Shown here one piece after another: positions 36,117 through 47,755 of a stretch of 57,118 bases of DNA (position 1 is its first letter; each line of letters begins with the position of its first letter). The notes below the pieces were generated by a model. It saw only the letters and a list, made by a program, of their open reading frames with translations, was not told the origin of the DNA and made no database searches. Source of the stretch: Halocafeteria seosinensis (lineage: Eukaryota). The position numbers and the translations under genes are program-made. Where the stretch lies: contig LVLI01000576.1 in NCBI GenBank assembly GCA_001687465.1, positions 1 through 57,118 of the forward strand, given 5' to 3'.

Positions 36117-36516
36117 TAACTTGGGTTGCGTCCACTATTTTCTGCCTCTCGGCTACAGCCATCCCGCGAGGGAACAGCATATTGGATCCTTCTTTGTTCG
36201 TTTTTTATCATCGCGTCCGTGAAGCAATCAATATTCACACGCTCACCGAATGAGGAATGGCAAGGGAATGCACCACTATCGACATACCGAGTGCCGGCTG
36301 GGAATCATATGTCCTGGATTACATGACTGCTTGGTCCACTCCAGTGGAAGGCGATGTCGTGGGGATTAATATTCTGCTAGTGATATGCCTGGTGGTCTTT
36401 TAATCCATTAATGTAAACCTCAGCTGGACTTTAGCTGGCTTCTCCATGGCAAAGGGAAGTGGTCGGCAACCGGACTTTGGAGGCACCTAAGCCTCGTAGT
36501 AAGGTGTGGTCAATAT

Positions 36517-36536
36517 ACCCTTAACCCTAACCCTAA
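36517..36536 (+). repeat. Short telomere-like (CCCTAA) tract
   Basis: ACCCTTAACCCTAACCCTAA. Confidence 0.5.
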
Positions 36537-36950
36537 TGATTATATTGAGTTTATCAGAAATCAACAGTCTATTTTCCTCCAAATCCCTTCGTTGTATGAC
36601 GTTCAGGCTTAGACGCCACCGGTGAGGTTCCCTGACGAGCTCTGAAGGTGCCCAGTTCTTGGCCAGGGCCACAGAGAAGCTGTTTGATCATGAAATTGCG
36701 TTTAAATATGCGAATGGTAAATGTGGTGGAGGTAACACAGACTTACCCCAACTTTCAAAAAATACTAGGATCTACCCCAAACTCCGTATGACACATCCAT
36801 CTAGGGCCCCTGCCAGCCAGCTATCGAGCATTCACTTGCCACTGAGGTACCCTCTGTTGTGCCTGTGGGACTATTCACTCATGTGGGGAAGTTTGTTCGA
36901 CTGCAGTGCAGATACTCCTACGCTAGCGTCAGAGCATGTTGGAGAAAGGT

Positions 36951-39218
36951 CAGAAATCCTTACCATGTTACGGAAAATAATTCCAAAACGGTGAGTTTCA
37001 ATCGGATTTAATTCCACAAATATGGATTCTGCCCGGGTCCCAAAGAAATTCAGTTCTGCCCAGTGTGGACTTCCAGAAGTAAAAGAAAAATACGGTATTC
37101 AAATAACAAACCATACGCAGTTAATTCAGACTTAAGATATGCATTGGAAACAGCTATAGTAGGCCGCAGTAATACTATTACCTACAAGTCATGCCCGTTC
37201 CACCTCCTCAATCGGTCGGTTGACGGACCAGAGTGTGTTGTGTCTACTTTCCCCGTAATTCCTGCAGGTGATCGTACCTCTCGTTTTTCTCTTTTCCCAA
37301 GGCCTAAGGTGTCTATCTCCTGCATTGACTCCCTCTACAGGCAGGAGTCGATACCGGCAGTTGACGGTTGGGACAACCACCTTCGAACTCCACTCCTTCC
37401 TTGAGCAACGCTGAGCCATCATACAACTGCCTTACCTCATTTATTTCGTCAAGAGATTTATCCTCGGGAAACTGCCATTGACATTTGTCAAAGTCGTACA
37501 AGCCATGGTTGAACAGCTTGTATATAGGGATTCGACTAGGCATCATGAAAATATGAATGCATGGATTCTACCATTTCGTCATCGTGTCATGGAAGGTATT
37601 TTGTCTAGAATCTTCTGACGGCGCTCTTCCCACGTGTCTAGATTTTCCTTCTCCTCTGCAGTTGCTGTTTTATTCTCCCGTTTCCATGCCGCTTTCTCGT
37701 TCTTGATATTAATGTCTTCCATTTTAGTATTTCCGCAGAACGAGATATCGGCTCCGTGTCTCATATCTTTCAGAGTTTTCACCGGTGCCGGAAGGATACG
37801 GATAGTTCGCTCTTCACTTCCACAAACTATACGAAATGCCTCCGTTCTGACGCGATTTAGTTTAGAAGGGCCTACCTTTTGACCCTTGTGGAGATACAGA
37901 GCCAAGTGCTTCTGAAAGAACTTTGCTTTTGGTAATGCCGCTGCGGGGTCAACCAAGACGGTGCAAGCATGGGCCAGTTGCTTGTACGTGTAATTTATGG
38001 TCTTAGTTTCTTTTCTCTTTCTCGAAGCTGCTTCGGTTGCACCTTCCTCTACAGCTGCCAGGGGTGCTTCGTGAAGGAGACTCTCGTGAACCTTTACGTT
38101 GCTTACACGCCACGGTCTGCTCGTTCCGTCCATTCTATACGTAGCTCCAAGAAAGAGTTTTGGATCTTTTCTATTTTCCTCGTTCTTTCGCTTAATTGCG
38201 ATCGCACTGGGTCCACTGTCAGTCGCCACAGTCTCTAATTGCAGAACGTGAGCTAGCTCGGTGAAGCGCAGGAGTACATCAGCTTTTCGCTGAAAGCGAT
38301 CCCCGCGTGTGACGATGCTATCAATCCCGTGCTCCATCAGCAACTGCAGTTCCGTTAAAGTCCTCAGTGGTACCGTTGGGATGCCATTGCCCTCAATTCT
38401 CTCCTGTCCCATTGCATCTCGAGCGGTGGCTCTCACCAGCATCCCTCTGAGCCTGGTAGTATCTACGGTTGTAACATGCTCCGGGGCGTCTTCTCCACTT
38501 TGTACATCAGGTTCGTCGCTTTCAAAATCACTGAAACCGCTTTCGGATGTGGTAGAGGTTCCGCTGTCATCCCGCGAACTACCGAAGCGTAGTACCGATT
38601 CATGCTCACATCCAATCGCAGTACCCTCTGTCTGTTCATCTGGCATCGTGCCAACACATGCATATGCCTGTGATGTAAACCAGAATACCGCGGCTGAAAA
38701 TGCTCTTATTGTGGTCGCATTATGATTGTCGCACACACCTTTGGTTCCTGGGGCTGCATTGTACCAGCGCACGAAGTTACGCGGCCGCCGCGTTCCAATC
38801 TCTTCGTTGTGGTGCAGCCAGATGTCATGTTCATGTGCAGGGTGTCCTTTGGAGCATGCTTTGGCGTCGTGGTGTTCTCTGATGTGAGTTTTGGCGTCTT
38901 GGTGGTTGATTGGCTCCGTGAAAGTGCTACACGCTTGTTGCTACTTCTACCACTATTATCAGCCTTCCGTTTTTGGAGACTCGGCCGGCCGCGATGGCCA
39001 GTGAGCCTGGTGCTTCTCCTCATGCTTATCTACATGCGGGAGGTACAAAACACCATAATGAACAAACAGACTGTAGAGTACGACGGCTTTTGCCCCGAAT
39101 CCCAAATTTGAATGTGCTGGATAGAATAATTGTTTGTGCGATAAAATCCATATTTCTGGAATTAAACTGTAAGAAATCACCATATGTGAACTTTATTTTT
39201 CAAAAATCAACATTTCTG
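36951..39218 (-). mobile_element. Mutator-like (MULE) DNA transposon, internally deleted/non-autonomous
   Basis: ORF 37579-38772 has MuDR-like blocks (GDRFQRKADVLLRF; LNRVRTEAFRIVCGSEERTIRILP). A degenerate C-terminal knuckle TCRNYGESRHN lies at ~37230-37270. The inverted repeat core TTTAATTCCA[C/G]AAATATGGATT occurs at ~37007-37028 and ~39144-39166. Confidence 0.65.
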
Positions 39219-40196
39219 GAATAAAGAGATCGAAAGAGTTGGTTGTCTATACCTAAGCGGGTTTCCACGGTTGTTTCCATAACAGTGGAAACCCGCGGGC
39301 TGCATTGAACGCATGAATGTAGGAGCTACGCTTCCAACACCGAATCGATACGGATACGGTATCGTGCGGTATGTGTGTGTGTATGTAGATAGCTAAATTG
39401 TTAGAATACGGTATCGTGGTACAACAATTGGTGGGATACAGAATTGCTTTGGAATAATAGCAGAGTACACACCCCGTTGGTAGTCCCCAATTTGTTACTC
39501 TTCGATATGCTACCCACATGTTACAAAGTAGTGGATCAACTACCTTGGTCAGTAGGCTTCCTGCTGAAGTTCCCAGCAATCCGGGCCTAGCTCCCGGCAG
39601 CCGGCCCGGGCTGGAAATGGTGCAATTCCACACATTTATATGTGTATACGTGGCTGGGACAGTCTCAATGGCAGAGCATCCAGGGGTATTTCGTTTCGTG
39701 TTTCCTCTCGACACCATATAGAACCGAGCAGGGGGTGGTGCATGCGTGCCCTCGAGTACAGGGGTAAGTTCTGGTCCTCTGGCCCGGTTTTCCTTCAGCA
39801 AGCATGCCATTCTTTTCGTCTTTTTGAGCGCTGTTCCACGGCACGTAGGAAGCGTTTGACATGGTTTCCTCGTTCTTCATTGGATAAAGTAACTGCGAAG
39901 TTGGAGGGACCTTCAGATGCCAATAGATGGATGCGCAAAAGGGAAATAAGAAGCGCGGAAACGCTTGGAGAGTTGTTTTGGGAGGTCCGACCGTCTTTTA
40001 TTTGAGTTAATGTGCACAAAATGACTCAAGTATACGACAGGACCAGAGGATAGAGGGGTTTCCTTAGCTATGTGGTCTTGGTAGTTCCATTGGCTCAGCG
40101 AAAATGCTCTGTGATGACTAATGCTGATCGATTCAAGTTGGGCAGCCCACCTTCACTTTGTTTTGCGCTGTATATTGAATGGAATGCAGATTTAAG

Positions 40197-43100
40197 ATGG
40201 TAGGAAGACATCAAGAAAATACAGAGACTGTTAAACAGGTATGTTTTCTATCAGTTGAGAAGCCATAGTCCCCAGCAAGGAGCGCAAACGACCAAGCAAC
40301 CGTCGGGGTAGAGGCAAGGGAAGCTGGAGAACAGGACTGACCCCAGAGTATGGACTGCGCTTAGAGTTAATAAGGGTCTGATATTGGCGAATTTATAAGG
40401 TCAATTGGGGCGGTCGTTTTATTATTCGCCACCGCCTACGTTTGACTTTCATTGTGGAACAGTATTCATGTACATCCTCTCTCTGATGTGTAGCAGGGGA
40501 CCTCCGCCATAGTGGAGTTCTGCAAGCATCGAAAGCCTTTTATGCATATTGTAGTAATGTTCGCTAATGATGAACCAGTATTACATTATGCACAAGAGGT
40601 GGCCCATATGTTTCAGGAATATGGCGTTGATATATTTTTTAATGTGAGTGCCGGCTCTGTACAACATTCTAGTGAATTGCTGTTGGTGACTCACTCCCGA
40701 CTTTGTCTGCAGACGGATGCACTAGAGGTGCTCTCGCCTGCTTCGAAGAATGTTGCGGGTGATGGTGGACCTCAGTTTATACGCCCTGAACATTTATCTC
40801 CAATCATTTTATCGTCACATGCGGACTATTTAATTGTTATCGGCGATAAAAACATGCGCAACAGATCCTGTCAGGTTAGTCTTTCGGAAACAGAATGGAG
40901 CTTCCACGTCAGGGAAGATCGATCGTGTTATGTTTGCAGGCTCGAGACGCTGGCCACTTAACCGAGATGCCAATAAAGAGTAGATTATCCTCCCTCATAG
41001 CAGAGTTTTACAGCGGTACCATTATGCCAAGGAAGTCGAAGCCTCCAGAGGATCTCGCTAGTTTTAATACCGTTCAGGTATGGTTTTCCAGTATCTGCAT
41101 CCCCTGTTTTGAATTATAAGTATTCATGAATATGCAGTTATCGGAGATATTAACGGCTCTAACGGGAGTACGGAGGGTTCCGGAACGTGTCGAACAGGTT
41201 AAGCAAATTTTAGCGGATTTAGAGGACTCAGATGCCCCAAAGTTAGCTGCCTCCCTCGGTGAATCGTTTGAAGAGCACGCGGGACATTCGATTGTATGTG
41301 ACCCTAGGAGGTTTGGTTTTAAGAGGTTCCTCTTTTAGTTTCGTCTATTGGTAGTGCAGATGCAACAATTGACCAAGGGACAGACGAGCGCCGTACAGCT
41401 TCATCAAGAGCTTTCGAAAATGCAAAATAAATTGAATAGATATCCGGAACTGGAACCTATTCTGAAAACAATAAAGGGCGAATGGGTGAGGTTCTCTCAT
41501 CGACCGCGGGACCTTTCATTTGACCGTGTGTACGCACTACCAACTGCGTTACGGGAAAGCTTAATGAATATCGTGGAGAATGCGAAAGAGGAAGTTGAGA
41601 GTTGTGGAGATAGGTTCGGGCAAATGGCAGGTCCTCGCTCCCTGTGGCAAGCCTATATAGAGGTAAGCATTTATATTGGATCCTACGAGATGAAGCCATT
41701 GATCACATTTGGTCGCATGTTTTACAGTCTGATACTGTGGAGGACGAAGAGGAAGAACAAGCTACGGAGGAATACGAGCCTACACCATATGCAAGAACTG
41801 CTGATACCGCTGAAGCTGGACCAACGGCTTCAGCTGAAACTAGCACAGATAACAGCCAGCTAATGCCTGGACAATGGCAATGTAATATGTGTACTTTTAT
41901 AAATGATCGGGAAGCAGCTCGCTGTTGTATGTGCGCAGCTGCGAAGCCTGCTCAGTTAGACGATGGAGAATGGGAAGATACACGTAGTTCACGAAAAGGC
42001 AGAAGAGCACGGACTAAGAACCGAGCCCAGCAAAGTCGCCCGACCGGTGAAGCTGGTGGAGGAGCCGCTCAAGCTATGGAAGCACCAGGATTTCAGGCTT
42101 CAGGCCGCGATAGTAGTCAGGATGTACAGTATAACAATCCTACAAAACCGGGGCGATCCCAAGGACAAGGAATGTCTGTCGAGAGCCCTCAGCAAAAGAC
42201 AACTAAGACAGCTGCCAACAGAGTAGCCTCCATTCCTCCCACAGCAGTATGGGGAAAATCAAGCGGCAGCGCCACGACTTCGACCACAGCTTCCGTGCCT
42301 GCCCGTGCAACGACAGTTCCGCCTTCCAGCGTCAATAGTCCCGAACCTACCACAGTTCCTGCTCCTGCTCCATATCGACCAAAAAATACCCCAACGGCTA
42401 ATATGTCTACCAAGAAGCAACAGAACCCTACAATGGCTGATATCATTGCTGGTGACCAAAGAAGGAACTCGCAAAACTCGAGCGCTATACCTCAAGATTT
42501 CCCTGCCCTTGGGAGCCAAAGGAAGGATGGCAGAACGCCAATAAGCGACGCTCGAAGTATGGGCGAAGGCACGGCATCATGGGAAGCATCTTTCCAGGCT
42601 GAGACATATGATAGCAGGAATGAGCAGGCTTTGAATGCTTCACATACATACGCTGAATGGGGCCAGGCTCAAGAGCAGCAAGCGATTCCTCAGTCTTCCC
42701 TAGTGGGTCCTCCGGAAGGGTTCTTTAGCCAGCCACAGATTCAACATAATATGCCTCCTGTCGATGTTCCCAACAGCTTGTTAGGAGCCGATTCCGAGGA
42801 TAATTTCCTAGGAGTTCACTCTAGCAACACAATGGGGACTGTATCGGATAGTCCACCAGATGCTCATGGGAGAGGTGTTGGGTTTGATAGCGAAAGCTCG
42901 AGCGCAAATGTAAATCCCCTTGTTAGCGATATAGCACCGAGGCAGGGTAAACAGATGGAAGGCCAAAGCGGCGATATGAATGGAGCTATGGGGATGCACC
43001 CATTCAGCTTTCCTGGAAATGATCTGGGATCCCTGGGATTCGCATTTGGTGCACACGAAGATTCCAAAACTAATAATGAGTTGATGGGGGATGTCGGTGG

Positions 43101-43371
43101 TTTTGCTTTACCGTCGTTGATGGGCTCTGATATAAGTGGTGGTCTACAAGATGGCAACCAGCTGCATGGTGAACAACAGTATAATAGTCAGGCTCCTAGT
43201 ACGTCTGAAGGGCAATTCCCCCTTAGTGCGCCAATGCAAGGTCAATCAGAAGGAGAAATTGGTTCTATAGCACCGCTTGGAAACTTATCTACATGGTCTT
43301 GCTTTGGTGAAGACAATAACAGTGGAAATAACCCTCTTACTCAGTGGGATGCGTTCAATGGTCTCCAATAA
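40197..43371 (+). CDS. Protein with an anticodon-binding-like (NCOA5-type) domain, a RanBP2-type zinc finger and a long disordered tail; multi-exon, start uncertain
   Basis: YAQEVAHMFQEYGVDIFF...ADYLIVIGDKNMRNRSCQAR, GQWQCNMCTFINDREAARCCMC (~41869-41934) and QDFPALG. Confidence 0.65.
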
Positions 43372-43786
43372 CAATAAGAATTAAATACAAAATAATTAAA
43401 ATACAAGGTGTCAAAAAACATTTTTATAGACCCGGTACAAGTGTACAACCATTGTGAAATGTTTCATGTCTTGGGCCTGAGTTAAGATGCCAAAATTGTA
43501 ACTCTTGCCAGTTCTCTCGTTGAGCCTCCTATAGTATCCGCAGTGAGGCGTGAAACCTGAGGATGGCTTCCTTACCTAACGGTACCACTCTTGACACACC
43601 ACGAGCCTCACTGAGGGCCTGAGGCGCCGTTAACCTTCACTTTTTTCAAATTCAAAACAGAGGACGAAGTTGAAGTTTACTCAAACTCGTCATTTATGGC
43701 ATAAATTGTGTTATTGATGATGCACCTTTTGTAGATAGGTAGCCTATATATCCCTTGTGCGATTTGGCTTGAATGAGGAGGGAAAC

Positions 43787-45703
43787 ATGCTCCCGTCACC
43801 CACCTCCAACTCGCCCAAACCCAAGGTGGTGAGGACCTCCAAGTTACCTCGTTATTCTCCTTTACAAGGCCATAGGGACTTCCAACGCACAGCGACGCCC
43901 CCTCGATCGAGTGCTCGTAGTTACCGGACTTCATCGACGCGCACCGGGAGCTCCAGAAAAGAGGAGAAAACAAACGATTCTCAACCGCGTCCACCACCAC
44001 CTCCCTCTCCGGCAGCCCAAAACCGTGACAATGGAGCAGCTTTTCATTACCGCCTCAAGAAGCAAGCCCCGACGTCGTTCAAGCAAGATGATGTGACGGA
44101 ATTAATGAGGGCGACAACGCAGCAAAATGGGACAGAAAATACGGAGAACCGCGAAGCATTCCGACCGGTAAGTGTGGAGTTTTTGAATTTGTCAGTGGAT
44201 GATGATACAAGGCCATATTCACAATATGTTATTCCTGCGCAGTGGATCTCGGAGTACAGATCTTCCTATCCAAACAGTGACCACAAGAATCCACCGGTTC
44301 CACCAGGAGATGAGCCTGCCAAGGAAGACCGAGGCAACCAGCCCCCAAAGAAGTCGCGATTCTTTGCGTTTGCGCGGTCTTCGTATAAAGGGGATGGGAG
44401 GACGTTTGAGGGGAAGTTACGAGATGCCGTGAATACATCGAAACAGGTGCGACATTTTAAAGCTTACAATGGGATGGATAGAGGAGAATATGTTCCAGAC
44501 AGTGAAGCAGTTACCCCACCTGTCCAGACCCCCAGTACTCAAAACAATGTCGAAGACACTACTCCCGCTGACACTTCTGATAACAAACGACGGGAATCTG
44601 AAAACTCTGCGTCTCAAGTGGTGAAAAATATGCGGGAAATCTCAAGTGATGATTTCTCCAACATGGGCCCTGCCGTCGAGGCCAGTGCAGCTTCATCGTC
44701 ACCTGCGACTACCCCTTCGTCATCGACTCCTCTGCAATCCAACGCCGCAGTAGTCTCATCCGCCGCCTCCACGTATAGTATTCCTACCACTGGTCGTAGT
44801 TGTAATTTGCATCCTGTTCCTAAGCCGGAGAGACCTCCACAGCCCAACACAACAGCAGCAGTGGAGGAGCTCGGTACTCCAAAGGAGACGGCCGATATGA
44901 ACGAAGCCGAGAATAATAGCAGTACCGAAAAACCAGGTACGAAATGTGAGAAATTCATTCACTCCGCAGATATCGGTGATAGAGCACAAAGCCCACGCCA
45001 GCAAATTAGGCCTCGAGAGAGCTTGACGTTTAATGGGCAATTCCCTCCGGAGGCATCCAAAGTACCTGCCGGCGAAACATCGTCGCAAGTTCCTCGAGCG
45101 TTTGAGGACCATGTAAGTTTGTTACTCAGTCCACAAAATGCGGAGACTGAGATGAGCAAAACTGCCCCCAAGGCAATTGGTCGAAGTGGTGTCGCCAAGT
45201 CAAAAGGTGATCAGATTTACGACATTTTGCACTACTACAATGGGGACACAAACGGTCACAGCAATAAGGAGGAGCAGCAAGCCGACGAAACTCTCCTGGA
45301 AGCTGACTCTTTAGAAGAGAGTCCTAGACAAGTTCATTCGCGAGAGAGAACCCCGAGAAGATTTCCTGTCGACGGGCATTACACGCAGCATCTCAAGGTG
45401 AACACGCCTGAAGTTCGAGCTACTGCAGAAGAACTCCCCGACAAAGAGCGAGCAGCAAAACTTGGGGCGTTTGGAAGGACATACTACGAGTTGTACCCAG
45501 CACCACGTCCTGTAGGATTAACTAAGCCAGCGGATGCCGTACGAGGATGGAACCGGGCAGTAGTGGATCAAACCAATCCTGTTCATTTGCATCCGCGGTA
45601 TCCACCAGACCCAAACCTTTTGAAACCTGTCGAAACGGAGTACCAGCGACGATGCAAGGAAGTTTGGGGGAAGTACATGTCGAAACATTCTCCGCGGAAG
45701 TAG
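43787..45703 (+). CDS. Low-complexity hypothetical protein (~640 aa, intronless ORF)
   Basis: Long uninterrupted Ser/Pro/Thr-rich ORF. No domain was recognised. Confidence 0.75.
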   Translation: MLPSPTSNSPKPKVVRTSKLPRYSPLQGHRDFQRTATPPRSSARSYRTSSTRTGSSRKEEKTNDSQPRPPPPPSPAAQNRDNGAAFHYRLKKQAPTSFKQDDVTELMRATTQQNGTENTENREAFRPVSVEFLNLSVDDDTRPYSQYVIPAQWISEYRSSYPNSDHKNPPVPPGDEPAKEDRGNQPPKKSRFFAFARSSYKGDGRTFEGKLRDAVNTSKQVRHFKAYNGMDRGEYVPDSEAVTPPVQTPSTQNNVEDTTPADTSDNKRRESENSASQVVKNMREISSDDFSNMGPAVEASAASSSPATTPSSSTPLQSNAAVVSSAASTYSIPTTGRSCNLHPVPKPERPPQPNTTAAVEELGTPKETADMNEAENNSSTEKPGTKCEKFIHSADIGDRAQSPRQQIRPRESLTFNGQFPPEASKVPAGETSSQVPRAFEDHVSLLLSPQNAETEMSKTAPKAIGRSGVAKSKGDQIYDILHYYNGDTNGHSNKEEQQADETLLEADSLEESPRQVHSRERTPRRFPVDGHYTQHLKVNTPEVRATAEELPDKERAAKLGAFGRTYYELYPAPRPVGLTKPADAVRGWNRAVVDQTNPVHLHPRYPPDPNLLKPVETEYQRRCKEVWGKYMSKHSPRK

Positions 45704-45790
45704 AGCGTTTTGCTATATAATAATGTGGAAAAAAAAGAAACTAGTCACGTCTAATATTACTTTCTTACTAGCTTGTTCTCACTGTGCTTC

Positions 45791-47182
45791 TTATGCCGTA
45801 GTATTCTCTAGCTCCTCAACTGAAACGAACTTTTCAAACTTCTCCCTAAGGATTTCCGTGGTGCCCTTACGCGGTATCCTGGCTTGAGGCCTCTGATAAC
45901 TACTGTAATGTTTGTCCGAACTGGCTGCTCGTTCGTACGGGCGATAGTGCTCCACTTCTTGGTTGTTCCTAATTACAGTAATATTCACATTACTCCCAGA
46001 TCCTGTGTCGTTAAATATACCAGCTTTGATCGCTCGAGCTACAAGTTCCTTCCCTTCTTCCTCCGTCAAATCTTCTTTGTAGTAGCTCTCAAAAATGGAC
46101 ATTGCTGCCAGAGACCCCGAGCCCATGGTTACGTAAGGCAGCTTATCAGAGCTGCCGTGTGGGGCAATTGTGTATAAATGAGCACCAGTTGTGTCTACAC
46201 CCCCCATGATCAAGGCGGCAGATATGTAACCCTGGTATTGATGTAGCTTTTGTTTCAGCCGGGTAACGGCAGAAATGACACGTGATGTTTTCCCAGTTTG
46301 CTGCAGCGTTGTCAATTACAGCGTTCATTTCATGAATCATTGAAGATACAGCGAAAATTCCCAACATACCATACGCAAAAGCTTCAGCTGAGACGATAAG
46401 AGGTCCGTTACGGCTTCTGTGTCGGCTGCTGTACCGGCACCGCAACAATACATGTTGGGTGCAATATAATGTATCTTGACACAGTCTTTTTCCACCACTG
46501 TTTCTCCACCAGATGCTCTTGTATCAGCGCCAAGAATTACACCATCCTGTGAAAAAAAGAACAGGAAGTTGTCAAATGGACTCTTCAAATGCCATCACCT
46601 TCATCAGTTTGCTTACCTTGTAAAGAAGGCCGACGATGGTGGTCCCTGTTTTACGAGGTGTCGGGAGCTGACCGCTGTACTGGGATTCGAGAATCTCATT
46701 TCTGTCCATCCAAATGCGCAGAGAAAAGTTTCTCAACGTTCAGTAAACCATTCAGTATTGCTTCGCGAACATGAATTCCTTACCTCTTGGCAAGATCGAA
46801 GTTGAATCCTTTCAGATCTCGTCCATAAACTGCACGCACGAGAATCGAATAACAGAGTGATTCTCGCGACAGCACGGTTCCGAAAACGTGGAAAACCCCT
46901 CAAAAAACATCATCGTATGCAAATGCATCTAATGGTGATTATGGGCTCCTCTCCCCTTTAAAACTACAATTAGCATCCGGGACAGCACTCGAGGGACAGG
47001 GAAGAGAGACAAAAAAGGTCCGGAGGGATACAGCTTCCCCTCAGATATCAATGTCAGCTAAACACCGCGATAGAGGCGCTGCTGTACAGAATGAACCTCC
47101 TTGATAATTGCTAGTTCATCTTACCTTGCTCCGAGGGAGTCTCGTGATATGTCTCAGTGCTCTTAGCCTTTAAATAATCCAT
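45791..47182 (-). CDS. PSMB7: 20S proteasome subunit beta-2 (trypsin-like), 5 exons
   Basis: Propeptide GFNFD...[45 protein letters not shown] and [10 protein letters not shown]. Confidence 0.95.
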
Positions 47183-47755
47183 TTTCCTCAGGATGTGAGG
47201 TCGTTCTTTCTCTTTATCACAATCTTCGTCTTCCTCTGAAGCGAAACAGGAGAAGCAATGGAAATGTATACAGATAACTATGCCATAAACCAATCAAAGA
47301 TTCTTTGCAACAGATACTATGGTGTTTGCGAGACCTCCAAATTCTTGGATGCGAGACACCACGAAATGTTTGTTTTGTTGAAGTATGGGATCAGTCTGCC
47401 AGTGAGTCTGGAGTTTAGAAGCCTTGGTGAACGGCACTGTCAGGTACACTGCATATCATGATATATTATGGAAGGGAAAGCAATAGGATTGGTATTCTTA
47501 TACGGATGAACAATTCTAAACGAACTACGATCCTATTCGTGTGCTCCCGGTTCCACTAAAGTTCGAGTCGTCCGCTTCCAACTACAAGTTCAACCGAACT
47601 TACGTGGTACCCGCGTGGGTAGAATTGTACAAGTGGTACTCCGAGACACAGCAACCAACATTCAGGGATTGAAAGATTGAATGCCGCAATTATTGCAACT
47701 AACACTTCAGGCATGCAATGCGAATTCCGGGAAATGCACAATTCCAACACAGGCT

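Noticed and set aside
39253..40019. ORFs of 185, 121 and 74 aa downstream of the MULE
   Set aside because: They have no motifs, an unnatural composition and no consistent splice model.
36487..40100. Possible Fanzor/TnpB or other RNA-guided nuclease in the TE region
   Set aside because: No RuvC motifs or intact zinc finger are visible in the ORFs, and the only recognisable protein is MULE-like.
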